Shown: one piece after another, positions 1-9,533 of the stretch | Layout of the letters: every line of letters begins with the position of its first letter | How positions within the stretch are numbered: position 1 is the first letter of the stretch | Virus record (IMG/VR): IMGVR_UViG_3300013121_000030 | Coordinates: 32,001 to 96,000 of that record | Strand: one strand, 5' to 3' | DNA: 64,000 nt | Origin: an uncultured virus (IMG/VR IMGVR_UViG_3300013121_000030) | Lineage: Duplodnaviria > Heunggongvirae > Uroviricota > Caudoviricetes | The notes under the pieces: model-generated | What the model saw: only the letters and a program-made list of their open reading frames with translations | The model's database searches: none | Told to the model about the DNA's origin: nothing | Program-made: the position numbers and the translations under genes

Positions 1-444
1 GCCCCAAAGTTGACCATTGACGAAGATCTTCCAGGTGTTGATACCTGACTTCTGGCTCTCTTTTGAGGCGTAAGTGAACCTCACGCCATAATTGCCAGAC
101 ATGACCAGTTTCCTAAACTCTAGTGCTGCGATCCCCTTTTCCGTGATTTTCCACCAGTCACCGAGGGAAGAAAACCCGGGAGAAGTGTGTTCCCAGGCCA
201 CGAGACCTTCCTTCGCCATCTTCTCATACAATCTCTCAAAAAAAGCATTGTTTGCAGTTGGGCCAAAACGCCGATCCCCTTGAGGCTTCAGCAGGTCCTT
301 CAGGAGTAGCTCTTCGTCTTCCGAGATAGTCTTTGGAACGGGATTAGGCCCAGGTTCCTGCGCCATTCCAGGAGGCCGGCGTGGTGAGAAGTTCAGGCCA
401 GCGGCGAGTCTTTTGAGGCTTGAACGAAGTTGTTTTGGGGTCAT
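1..444 (-). CDS. Hypothetical protein, partial (runs off the window start)
   Basis: Manually translated open frame MTPKQLRSSLKRLAAG...KIFVNGQLWG with no stop before base 1; alternative ATG at 468; absent from the ORF track because it has no stop. Confidence 0.6.
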   Translation of the reverse strand, partial: MTPKQLRSSLKRLAAGLNFSPRRPPGMAQEPGPNPVPKTISEDEELLLKDLLKPQGDRRFGPTANNAFFERLYEKMAKEGLVAWEHTSPGFSSLGDWWKITEKGIAALEFRKLVMSGNYGVRFTYASKESQKSGINTWKIFVNGQLWG

Positions 445-509
445 GCGAGGTTCCTGGGCATAGTCCATTCACCGTCAATGTGCCTTGTGGGTGGGGTATG
501 AGGCATACC

Positions 510-1775
510 ATGTCTAAAAAGTCGAGCAAGCCCCCCAAACCAAAAATCTACTGGAAGATTCGGTTGTCTCAACTTGGGGATGCTGTGATCGAAGTTGCAT
601 CTTGGACCCAGACTGCACTCCCCCTAGCTCTCAATCCAAAGGTGGCAACGGGGCTTGGGTTTCTCACAGGGATTCTCACCCTTCGGAAGAGGACTCTTGG
701 AACAAATCATCCTTCCAAGGTCCTGGAAGGGTGGTCTGAAGTTCTTGAGGATTTCCCCAACACTGAGGTTGTTAAGAAGATCCTTCGGCTGGCGGATGGG
801 GTGCATGTCCAGGGAAAAGGTTTCTCTGACCGGGATCCGTGGGCAGCAGGAAGTGCATCCTTTACGCTGCGGCACACCACGTTTCAGCACGAGACAATTA
901 ACATCCTCGAAGTCGCGCATGGGGGCCAGGGGAATCAGGTCCACACCATTTATACAGACCAACCCATTCTCTTCAAAGAATGGTTCTCGGAGAAGTTCTG
1001 GGAGGCTTACTCTCCAGCCAAGATTTGTTATGAGGATCTGTATTTTCGGCCTCGGACTCTGGACGTCGGGAAAGAAAAGGAGGTGGATCCTGAGTTCCCA
1101 ATGCCCGCGTACTGCAAACCTCTCATTGAAGATATCAAGCAGGCACATTCCGTGGGGAAAACTAGGAACCTAGTTTTCACGGGTCCTCCAGGGATTGGCA
1201 AATCTACCATGGTCCGTCAGATTGCCTGTCAGGTTGGGGCTTCGCGGATCCTCAGTATGAGTGGAAGTGGCTGGAATGTGATCTCTGCTCTGGTAACGGT
1301 GGCGGAGATGCTGAAGCCCCAGGTCCTGATCATAGATGATTTGGATGCCATGGGGGCATTTGGAGCCAACTCACTGGGATTCTTCGAGTCTCGGAAATTC
1401 CCTCTGATCATGGCGACCATCAACGACCCGAAGAAATTTGGGGACGCAGATCAGATTGGGGCGTTCTTTCGTTGTGGACGTTTCGACCGATTCCTCCGTG
1501 TTGAATCCTCGCATCTTGGGGAGATCCAAGACTTTTTACGCCGACGAATCCCGTTCTCGGACCAGGTTGAGATTCCTGAACTACCCCCCGCTTATCTCCA
1601 AGAAATCGTCAACCTGTCACGGACTGCCGGCACGCCCCAAGATGTAGAATCCGCCGTCAGAATCGTCCGAGAGCACTACGATTTTCTTCAAAGCATCCAA
1701 TCAGGGGCCGCAAAGAAGGATGGGGGGTCCGCCGCCGCGGTTGCGGATCCCGACATTGCGGAGGCAAAGGAGTAG
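510..1775 (+). CDS. AAA+ ATPase
   Basis: Walker A GPPGIGKS, Walker B LIIDD, sensor ATIND, arginine-finger-like RCGRFD; start taken at ATG 510. Confidence 0.8.
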   Translation: MSKKSSKPPKPKIYWKIRLSQLGDAVIEVASWTQTALPLALNPKVATGLGFLTGILTLRKRTLGTNHPSKVLEGWSEVLEDFPNTEVVKKILRLADGVHVQGKGFSDRDPWAAGSASFTLRHTTFQHETINILEVAHGGQGNQVHTIYTDQPILFKEWFSEKFWEAYSPAKICYEDLYFRPRTLDVGKEKEVDPEFPMPAYCKPLIEDIKQAHSVGKTRNLVFTGPPGIGKSTMVRQIACQVGASRILSMSGSGWNVISALVTVAEMLKPQVLIIDDLDAMGAFGANSLGFFESRKFPLIMATINDPKKFGDADQIGAFFRCGRFDRFLRVESSHLGEIQDFLRRRIPFSDQVEIPELPPAYLQEIVNLSRTAGTPQDVESAVRIVREHYDFLQSIQSGAAKKDGGSAAAVADPDIAEAKE

Positions 1776-1776
1776 C

Positions 1777-2250
1777 TCAGCCGAAGTCGTAGGCCACTAG
1801 CCGGCCATCTACGGTGAGGCCCACTTGGCAGCAGTCAATGCTATTGACCCAAGGGGGCAAGGTATTTGGAAGTTCTTGGCTGACCCACTCCATGCAGGAG
1901 ATGCACACCCCAAACCTTTGGGTCAACTCCTGGTGAATCCAGCTTTTGGCCAAGTTGGGGTTTCCCTGTTGGCGGATTTCGGAAAAGTTGGCAGCTTCCC
2001 CCTCCTCCCAGTGGGGGATCTTCACTACATGGTCCTCACACAAGAACACAATGCGGTGTCGTCCGATCCCAATCGGATTGCCAAAGAGCCGCATGGCTTC
2101 CGCCTCAGGGCGGAGGTACCGTTCAATCTCGGGGAGGCCACTTTTGACCAGTCGCTTCCAGTGGGGGATATGGTCCCACCATCCCAGGCGGGATCCCATG
2201 GGCATCGGTTTCCCCAGATTAAACTTCATGCCGTTGAAGTCGAACTTCAC
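1777..2250 (-). CDS. Small protein with a kinase-like fold (putative)
   Basis: IGIGRHRIVF...VVKIP and terminal YDFG resemble kinase Gly-loop, Lys and DFG elements; conserved promoter -10 lies 6 nt upstream of the GTG. Confidence 0.45.
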   Translation of the reverse strand: MKFDFNGMKFNLGKPMPMGSRLGWWDHIPHWKRLVKSGLPEIERYLRPEAEAMRLFGNPIGIGRHRIVFLCEDHVVKIPHWEEGEAANFSEIRQQGNPNLAKSWIHQELTQRFGVCISCMEWVSQELPNTLPPWVNSIDCCQVGLTVDGRLVAYDFG

Positions 2251-2256
2251 CTATCA

Positions 2257-2284
2257 AGGGTAGCACTATGAGGCACGAGTTACA
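2257..2284 (-). promoter_or_regulatory. Conserved phage promoter (TGTAAC-N16-TACCCT)
   Basis: One of 12 copies with invariant 16-nt spacing and TGC before the -10 hexamer. Confidence 0.75.
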
Positions 2285-2442
2285 CGGAGGATGCGATGTG
2301 TAGGACGTGGAAGACAATCCAGGGGGTTCTGTTTGCTACTCCTGTTCTGGTGTGGGTGTGGGTAGGTCGTATGAGGACCTGGAAGGAAGAGTAATCTGGC
2401 GCACGATAGCGTCCTTATCCCCTCCCGTTACCAGAGGGGACG

Positions 2443-2739
2443 ATGCCGCAACCTACAAATAACTCAAGGGACGGCGTGGGGATGTCGGGGTTCTTGGACA
2501 TCGCCATGAAGATCTTGGCTTCATTGGTGGTGCCTTTAATTATTTGGGCGGTTAAGCTTGAGGTTACCAACGCCTTGCAAGATGAGAGAATCAATGAGTT
2601 GCAAGGTGACCTGTCCAAGCTCTCGAATATCACGTCGCAAGTTCAAACCATCAATCTGTCGCTAGTCGGGCTGGAGGCCAAGATCCAAAATGTCAACGAA
2701 AAAGTCGCTAACATCGAAGATCTTCTTCGGTCTCATTAG
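2443..2739 (+). CDS. Membrane-anchored coiled-coil protein (i-spanin- or holin-like)
   Basis: Hydrophobic ILASLVVPLIIWAV followed by heptad-rich C-terminus; overlapped by a lipoprotein ORF. Confidence 0.45.
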   Translation: MPQPTNNSRDGVGMSGFLDIAMKILASLVVPLIIWAVKLEVTNALQDERINELQGDLSKLSNITSQVQTINLSLVGLEAKIQNVNEKVANIEDLLRSH

Positions 2740-2938
2740 CCTGTTGGGGTGTGAGGGGACTGAAGACCCCAATCAAGAGTCCTCAGCCGAACAACTCCAC
2801 ACCGAGTTGGAAGAGTGTTCAACAAGGGTTCAGTCAGGCCTCAGCTCTCTTCAGGAGACAGAAGAGACATTGGACACAATTCTTCAAAGAATGCTGGAGG
2901 ACGAGGGTAGGGTGGGAAACAATGAGCAACACCACTGA
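2690..2938 (+). CDS. Putative lipoprotein (o-spanin-like)
   Basis: Basic n-region, hydrophobic IFFGLISLL, lipobox LLGC, then acidic coiled coil; overlaps the upstream gene by 50 nt in another frame. Confidence 0.45.
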   Translation: MSTKKSLTSKIFFGLISLLGCEGTEDPNQESSAEQLHTELEECSTRVQSGLSSLQETEETLDTILQRMLEDEGRVGNNEQHH

Positions 2939-3188
2939 ATCCCCTGAGGTTTTTGGCCAACTGACCCCTGAAGAGGTCCAACAGATCTCTGCCTTCAAGA
3001 AGTCCTTCGAGGAGGTCCTTCGGACTCTTGGGGAGTTGAAGATGCGCGAGGCACAACTGGTCAAGCAGGGCACAATGCTTGACGAGGCTGCCGCCGAACT
3101 TCTGAAGACCATCGCGGTCCGGATTGGGGTTGGACATGACCTGTCGGGGTACGCGATTCGTCAAGATGGATCGGTGATCAAAGTATAG
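2922..3188 (+). CDS. Small coiled-coil hypothetical protein
   Basis: ATG at 2922 (MSNTTESPEV) overlapping the previous gene end; helical composition. Confidence 0.55.
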   Translation: MSNTTESPEVFGQLTPEEVQQISAFKKSFEEVLRTLGELKMREAQLVKQGTMLDEAAAELLKTIAVRIGVGHDLSGYAIRQDGSVIKV

Positions 3189-3212
3189 ACACGATCCCCA
3201 TAAGAGGGGATT

Positions 3213-4751
3213 ATGTCTACATGTGATCCGTGTCAACCAAACAATGGCCCGTGGGTGGGAAAAGAGAACCCCCTCGGGCCAGAGTCTTGTGGCACCTCAG
3301 ATGGAGGTGAAAATGACGGATCTGGGGATAACTGTGGCCTGGAGGGACCCACCCCCACAGGGGCCGACTGTCCGGGATGGGCCATAGGCCCAGGGGAGTG
3401 CCCCACACCTCCTCAAAATGTCGAGGTCGTCCACACCTTTACAAAGGGTGTGATGGATGTACGGTGGGACAATCCCGCAATTTTGGCCCACAATGGGAAA
3501 TACCAAGTCGTGGGTGTCAACATCTATCGTTCTGATACCTCAGAACGAGGTCCTTTCCGAAGGATAAATCTGGCCCCAGTGGGGGGGACTTTCTTCAGGG
3601 ACTTCACAAACAATATTCTTGTTCAGAATGAAGTTGTGGATTGGTTTAGTGGATGGCTCAATCGTGGGGAGGCAGCCAACAACAACCTTTGGAAGTTGAG
3701 GACTCGTCACTTCCCCATCGTGAAGCGAGCAGGTACAGCGATCCCCGCAAACAGTTGGGCGGATGTCCAGGTGACAATCAATGGTCAGGCCGTAGAGGTC
3801 CACGAAGTTTTTGGGCCAACTGGAGAAATAACCCTCGCCAACGTTCCTGGGTTTGATGTGGCGACTCAACAGTGGGTCTACCCCAACCTCCCCATTGGGC
3901 CTGAAACTGAAGTGGCGGTGACGTACAACTACGAGGGGAATGCCCTCCGTACGGATCTCGACCGCAAAATTTGGTACCGCGTTACCACAGTAGCTCTCAA
4001 CCCAGCATCTCCAGAAGGTTATCTGGAGACCCCCCTCATCCACACTGAGCCTGTCACATTTCGTGCCGTGGAGAAGCTCAGCTACATTTGGCGTGAGGCA
4101 ATCCGCCGCAACAACTGGATCCTTGAGCAGGGAGGGGAACGTGTGAAGGTCCTGGTCCGGAAGACCTCGGGGATCCCATGTTTCTGCCGAACTGATCCCC
4201 GGTCCTTGGAATACAACCAACAACCCAAGAACAACTGTTTGGACTGCTACGGGACCGGGTTTTTGGGGGGATACGAAGGTCCTTATGACCTCATCATCAC
4301 ACCCGATGATGCTCCACGAAGCGTGCGCCAGACGCCACAAGGAAGATACTTGGACCACACCCAGGATGTGTGGACAGGGCCAAGCCCTCTCCTCACACAA
4401 AGGGACTTCATCGTCAAACAGACGAATGAGCGCTACAGCATTGGTCCCGTTCACAAGCCTTCAGAACGTGGAAACATCATGCAGCAGCAGTTTCAGATCA
4501 AGTACCTGGACGAGCAAGACATCCGATACCAGGTGCCCATGATGTCCGTATCCGATTTGTGCTGGCCTGAGATCCGGTGGCGTCCAGCGGTGGTTCAGGG
4601 TGGAGCATGGATGGCAGAATACCCACCCCAAGGGCCGTGGCCTGTTGGAAACCAGTACCAACAGACGCCAATGCAAACCGAAAAAGAGAACATCCCAGAC
4701 ACACGCGAACAGCGAGGGCGAACGCCTGTGTGGGCAAACCGCACTTACTAG
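3213..4751 (+). CDS. Virion neck/head-closure-like structural protein
   Basis: SD GAGGGG; FN3-like segment (VRWDNP...VGVNIYRS); Cys cluster CFC...CLDCYGTGFLGGY; lies in the structural block. Confidence 0.5.
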   Translation: MSTCDPCQPNNGPWVGKENPLGPESCGTSDGGENDGSGDNCGLEGPTPTGADCPGWAIGPGECPTPPQNVEVVHTFTKGVMDVRWDNPAILAHNGKYQVVGVNIYRSDTSERGPFRRINLAPVGGTFFRDFTNNILVQNEVVDWFSGWLNRGEAANNNLWKLRTRHFPIVKRAGTAIPANSWADVQVTINGQAVEVHEVFGPTGEITLANVPGFDVATQQWVYPNLPIGPETEVAVTYNYEGNALRTDLDRKIWYRVTTVALNPASPEGYLETPLIHTEPVTFRAVEKLSYIWREAIRRNNWILEQGGERVKVLVRKTSGIPCFCRTDPRSLEYNQQPKNNCLDCYGTGFLGGYEGPYDLIITPDDAPRSVRQTPQGRYLDHTQDVWTGPSPLLTQRDFIVKQTNERYSIGPVHKPSERGNIMQQQFQIKYLDEQDIRYQVPMMSVSDLCWPEIRWRPAVVQGGAWMAEYPPQGPWPVGNQYQQTPMQTEKENIPDTREQRGRTPVWANRTY

Positions 4752-4785
4752 GTAAGCTTCAAATAATCCGACCAAAGGGAATCCC

Positions 4786-7700
4786 ATGCCCATCGAAAAC
4801 AAGGCCGAACGTAGTTGTAGTTTTGTGGACGCGCTGGTCCTGGGGTCCGCGCTTGCCGCCTTTTTGCGCCATCTTAACGGCGACGCGACAAATGGCCTCT
4901 ACAAGAAGGGCCAACAGCTCTGGCAGACACGGTATTCCGTGTCCTTTAAAGATGACCTGAAGCTCTTCCTGATTGAGCCTTTCGTTCAGGCGGGCAAGGC
5001 TCCCCAGCTTTTGGCCTCCAGTCGAGAGTTGATGCGTCTGACCCAAGCCAAGCGTATTATTTCGATCCTCCCGGATTTTCTCGCTTCGTTCTCGCAATGG
5101 CTTCCTGCACACCGGAACTCGTTTATTGAGTGCATGGACATGAGAACCAGAACGGAGGTTCTGGCACTGGCTAAGGTGGGCATGGATGCTGAGCCCGTGA
5201 CGCAGTTGGCGCAGCTTTCTGTTATCCGTCTGACAGGCCCCAACAAGGGAATGGTGGAGCAGTGGATTGATCGGGCTGCAAATGAAGCTGGAGTCATCGC
5301 CACCGATGATGCAGAAGCTCCGCTCAAGGGCATGGAGTCGATCCACGATTTGGGGGTTCAGATCTCGGAGTTGAACCAACAGATTACGTTGGAGCCAGAT
5401 GGCACCCCCCGTGAAGCCGAACTCATTGAGCATCGAGGAGATCTGCTCCAGAAACTTCAGGCAGAAGCTGACAAGAGTGCCACACCAGAGGCTGCTTTTG
5501 CGGTTGCAGCAGCAGCTGCGGCTACTCAGGGAGAGGACGGAGCTTCACGGATCTCCAGGAAGTACACTCTCACAGATGAACAGGAGGCTGTGATCCGCGC
5601 CGAGGGGTCCATTGTGGTGGCTGCGGGCGCCGGATCAGGGAAGACAGGGACTCTCATTGCTTGGCTGGACCACCTCGTTCACAACAAGGGGATCAACCCG
5701 GAGCGGATGGCGCTCATTTCGTTTACCCGGGCGGCATCCGCTGAGATTGCAGAACGGGCAAAAGGTCGCGCGGGGATTAGTGGGTCCTACATTGGCCGGA
5801 CGACCCACGCAATCGCAAGGACGGTTTTGAAATCTTTTGGTCCTTCCCATCAAGAACTCAACAGCCGTTACAAAGGCAAACTCCGTGAGGCCATCTTCAA
5901 AACGGAAGAGGCAGACAAGCTCTGGGACATTGCTCTCAAACAGGTTGAGATGGGGACTCCCAAAGGGGATGACGCTGACAAGGCTCAATACCTCAAAAAG
6001 GTATTGTTGACACTTATCCGGTCTGCCGCCTACCCTGACTTCTTTCAGAGCCTTCTGGATCAGCTCGATCGCGGAAAGATGCTGACCACCAACCAGTTGG
6101 GGGCTCTTGTCACCGACAAGTACAAGAATCTGCGCAAATTCCCTGATCTCTATCAGGGTGTCAAGGATATTGCTGAGGGGAGGGCTCCTGGGGCATCCAA
6201 AGTTGCTGCTCGGGAAGCCAAGCCGAAATCCCCCTACATGACCCAGCCAGCTGGAATGCGTTTCAATATCGGGGCCAAGGATTTACACGATCCGAAGGTT
6301 GACGTGGAGATGGTGCCCGGCAGAATTCGGCTGATCGTGGACAATTACATGTCTTCGGGGGTCAGTGTCGAGGAAGCCTATAAGATGGCCAAAGACGATC
6401 CAGACGCTCCGATCGTCCCGGCAGCTGCCTACGATGCTTATACTTGGCTCAAGCTCAATGACCCCATCCTGGGGCCGGCCATGGACTTTACGGACCAGAT
6501 TGTCTTGGCTCTCAAGGTGCTGGATGATCTGCCTCAAGCACGGGAAGCCGCGCAACGCATGTTTGATGTGGTGGTGGTGGACGAGGCTCAGGACTTGAGC
6601 GAAGTCCAGTTCCGGTTCTTCCAACACTTGATGAAAAAGACGCGCATTGGGGCCTACATTGGGGATGACAAGCAGAGCATTTACCGATTCCGCGGAGCGA
6701 TCCCCGAGAACTTCATCGCGCAGTCCAAAAAGTCCAAGCTTTTCCAGATGACCACCAACTTCCGAAGTGGGGAGGCCATCGTCAACGCAGCAAATCAACT
6801 CATCGCTCACAACAAGGGTCAGATCCCAATGGTCTGTTCGGCAGACCCCAAGAAGGGGGAGGGAGAAATTGGCTTCGTCCGAACCGCCTCTCATTCTGAG
6901 AGTGCTGAGATGGTAGCGGCCTCCATCGCAGAGTCCATCTCTTCGGGGGACTCTTCTGCCGCTGACTTCGGGATCTTGGTGCGAAACAATGCCGAGCTGG
7001 ATGCCTACGAGAAGGAATTGATCTCCCGGGGGATCCCATTCAAGAAGCTTCGCCCAGGGCCTATGTTCTTTGACAAGCCCCTTGTACGGGCGGTGATCTC
7101 GTGGATTCGCCTTGCGTCCCAGGTTGGGAGCCGGGAAGAGTTGAATGAGGCTGTCATGCATGCCTCCATGTTCCCAAGTTTTGGGCTCGGGCCTTCGTTC
7201 ATTTCAGCTTTGGCTAACATGACGCCATCCAATATGAGCTATGTGGATTACCTCCAAAGTGGCGCGAAGGTCTACACAGACCCAAAGTCCGCCTGGAAAA
7301 ACGCCAAATCCGTGGCTCCGTTTGTCGATGAAATGCGGGCAATGATGGCGATGGGAGGGGACACGGAGAGCCTGATCCTGGCGATCCTTGAAATCAAAGG
7401 CACCAAGGGTTCCCTCAAGAAGACCTTGAGGGGAAATGTCAGCGTTGATGACGTTGCCTCCAGTGGAGGAGGGGGGGCAGAGGCGGAGGCAGAGGCGGAG
7501 GCAGAAGCACTGGGTCCTTTGGCCCCAATCCTCAACATTGCGCGATCTGCTCCGAATCCTCAAGCATTCCTCGACTTCATCGTGAAAATGAAGGAAGCCA
7601 ACAGTAAGCTCCAAAAAGATGAGGAAAACTCAACGCCAGCAGTCTTGCTGGGGACAGTCCATACCTGGAAGGGACTCCAAGCACCTCATGTGTTTGTCTC

Positions 7701-8016
7701 CATGGCAGACGGGGTGTTCCCCAACACATTCTTTACTGGGGAAGAGGGAGCGGAACTGGAGGAAGAGCGTAGGCTTGCCTACGTGGCGCTCACTCGTGGC
7801 CAGTCTAAGGTCACAGTGATGGCTGCCAAGCTCAACTATCGTGCGGAGATCAATCCCCCGAAAACCCCTCCTCCCCAAAGTCCGTTCATCGGGGAGGCTT
7901 GCCTCAAGCCTGTGGGGACTGCCAAGAAGGCATTCTCTCGTCAGGCTTCTCGCTACGACTCAGATTTCTGGGAGAGTCGTGAAACTGCAAGGTCTTCAGG
8001 ATATTTCTGGAGCTAG
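4786..8016 (+). CDS. UvrD/PcrA/Rep-family (SF1A) DNA helicase with an N-terminal extension
   Basis: Motifs AGAGSGKT, VDEAQD, GDDKQSIYRFRGA, NFRS, TVHTWKGLQ, EERRLAYVALTRG. Confidence 0.92.
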   Translation: MPIENKAERSCSFVDALVLGSALAAFLRHLNGDATNGLYKKGQQLWQTRYSVSFKDDLKLFLIEPFVQAGKAPQLLASSRELMRLTQAKRIISILPDFLASFSQWLPAHRNSFIECMDMRTRTEVLALAKVGMDAEPVTQLAQLSVIRLTGPNKGMVEQWIDRAANEAGVIATDDAEAPLKGMESIHDLGVQISELNQQITLEPDGTPREAELIEHRGDLLQKLQAEADKSATPEAAFAVAAAAAATQGEDGASRISRKYTLTDEQEAVIRAEGSIVVAAGAGSGKTGTLIAWLDHLVHNKGINPERMALISFTRAASAEIAERAKGRAGISGSYIGRTTHAIARTVLKSFGPSHQELNSRYKGKLREAIFKTEEADKLWDIALKQVEMGTPKGDDADKAQYLKKVLLTLIRSAAYPDFFQSLLDQLDRGKMLTTNQLGALVTDKYKNLRKFPDLYQGVKDIAEGRAPGASKVAAREAKPKSPYMTQPAGMRFNIGAKDLHDPKVDVEMVPGRIRLIVDNYMSSGVSVEEAYKMAKDDPDAPIVPAAAYDAYTWLKLNDPILGPAMDFTDQIVLALKVLDDLPQAREAAQRMFDVVVVDEAQDLSEVQFRFFQHLMKKTRIGAYIGDDKQSIYRFRGAIPENFIAQSKKSKLFQMTTNFRSGEAIVNAANQLIAHNKGQIPMVCSADPKKGEGEIGFVRTASHSESAEMVAASIAESISSGDSSAADFGILVRNNAELDAYEKELISRGIPFKKLRPGPMFFDKPLVRAVISWIRLASQVGSREELNEAVMHASMFPSFGLGPSFISALANMTPSNMSYVDYLQSGAKVYTDPKSAWKNAKSVAPFVDEMRAMMAMGGDTESLILAILEIKGTKGSLKKTLRGNVSVDDVASSGGGGAEAEAEAEAEALGPLAPILNIARSAPNPQAFLDFIVKMKEANSKLQKDEENSTPAVLLGTVHTWKGLQAPHVFVSMADGVFPNTFFTGEEGAELEEERRLAYVALTRGQSKVTVMAAKLNYRAEINPPKTPPPQSPFIGEACLKPVGTAKKAFSRQASRYDSDFWESRETARSSGYFWS

Positions 8017-8025
8017 GAATTCATC

Positions 8026-8997
8026 ATGGCAACCAGTTACGTATCAATCAGCCGCGAAGAGTTTGAAGAGTTCCTTGACTCCGAGGTAACTCCCTTGGTG
8101 CGCCATAAATGGCAACGCAAGGGGTCGACGGCTGGAGTGTACTTCTTCCCTCTCTCTAAGCACACATTTTTGGAGATCAGCTCTTCCATTGGGTCTTCGG
8201 ATGATGCTTTAGGCCGAGGGGACGCTGCCATTCACGTCCGTCTGAAGAGCGCAGATGGCAGAAGAACCCTCAATGGGAGGGGCACCGACGAAACAAAGAT
8301 GCGTGTCAATCGGACTACCAATTGGAGAAGAAACCTCCAAGCAATGGTCAAACAGTACATCGCCACATACCAAAAGAGTCCACGATTTTACGACACCATA
8401 AGTTCGTATGAGGGCTTCGACAACTATCTGAACACATTCAAGGATCTCGTTCAGGGGGTTCCCAATTGGAACGCCAACAAATTCTTGAGGGACATGATGT
8501 CCCTTCTGGAAGGGAAGCGCCTCCTCACTGAGGCCCAAGAAGCAGCGATTATTAAGGCTTCACAGGCGGGGTCGAAAAGTTCAGAACGAGATACCTATCA
8601 ATCTGATTTTGAGATGTGGAAGTCTACCATTCAGGGACTCCCAGACTGGGAAAGATCAAAATTCTTGACCAGTCTTTTCAACGACCTCAACCAGGGGAAA
8701 ATGATTGGCCCGAGAGCCCAAGACATCGTCAAGGAGATTGTCGCCAAAAACAAGTGGTTGGTGAAGCTTAGAGAAGTGTGGAAACGTGCCAAGACGCTGG
8801 ATGAGAAACAGTTGGTGGAGGAAATTGGGACTAGCTTGAAGAGGATCCCAAAAAAGAACCTCCCCACGGATGCTGAGGTCCAAGCTCTTATTGAGAGGTT
8901 CCCTGGGGCCTTCGACGATCTCCTCCATCCTGGGACCACAAAAACTAGGCTTGCCCAAGTGATTGCGCGAGTCGCCTCATCCTATATGATGAGGTGA
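8026..8997 (+). CDS. Hypothetical protein with two internal helical repeats, possibly an internal head protein
   Basis: SD AGGA; repeats VQGVPNWNANKFL...LLTEAQ and IQGLPDWERSKFL...MIGPRAQ; C-terminal ARVASSY. Confidence 0.6.
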   Translation: MATSYVSISREEFEEFLDSEVTPLVRHKWQRKGSTAGVYFFPLSKHTFLEISSSIGSSDDALGRGDAAIHVRLKSADGRRTLNGRGTDETKMRVNRTTNWRRNLQAMVKQYIATYQKSPRFYDTISSYEGFDNYLNTFKDLVQGVPNWNANKFLRDMMSLLEGKRLLTEAQEAAIIKASQAGSKSSERDTYQSDFEMWKSTIQGLPDWERSKFLTSLFNDLNQGKMIGPRAQDIVKEIVAKNKWLVKLREVWKRAKTLDEKQLVEEIGTSLKRIPKKNLPTDAEVQALIERFPGAFDDLLHPGTTKTRLAQVIARVASSYMMR

Positions 8998-9530
8998 TGT
9001 TCAATTTCAAGGCACATTCCAAAAGTGGATTCAGTCTGCCAATCAAGGAGGCAGACATCTACACTTCGGAGCTGGCGAAGGACTTGGGGGCCATCCTTCT
9101 CGAAGCCGTCGTCTATGAGATAAGAAAGACTCAGGCTCGTCATCGTGGTTTGAAGCGTGCTGCCGGGGCACCTGTCCAAATCCCCTTAGACCCCAAATTT
9201 GCGGACTCCATGTGGGTGAAGACTACACCCACCTCGATCGAGGTGGGTTCTTCATGGCCCACCTTCGATGCTGTGGTTGAGGGGAAGCAGCCTTTCCCGA
9301 TGACGTGGCTAACCCAGCAAAAGGGAGTCAAGGTGGTTCCCTTTCCCAAGGGCCCGTTGGGGACAGTCCTCCTGAGAACGGCACCAAAGACCAAAGAAGA
9401 TGCGTGGGTTCACCCTGGCTTCTCCAAACAGTCATTTCTGGAGGATGGCTTGAAAAGGGCAATGCCATCAATGCAAAAGAGACTGGAGGAGCAAGTTCGG
9501 GCAAAATTGGCCAAGATTCGGTATTTATGA
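8994..9530 (+). CDS. Putative neck/tail-completion protein
   Basis: Coupled to the upstream stop; WVHPGF...FLEDG motif typical of phage morphogenesis (HK97 gp10-like) proteins. Confidence 0.45.
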   Translation: MMFNFKAHSKSGFSLPIKEADIYTSELAKDLGAILLEAVVYEIRKTQARHRGLKRAAGAPVQIPLDPKFADSMWVKTTPTSIEVGSSWPTFDAVVEGKQPFPMTWLTQQKGVKVVPFPKGPLGTVLLRTAPKTKEDAWVHPGFSKQSFLEDGLKRAMPSMQKRLEEQVRAKLAKIRYL

Positions 9531-9533
9531 GCG

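Noticed and set aside
7477-7510. GCAGAG/GCGGAG microsatellite in the helicase as a phase-variation tract
   Set aside because: The 6-bp unit keeps the frame; it encodes an AEAEAE linker
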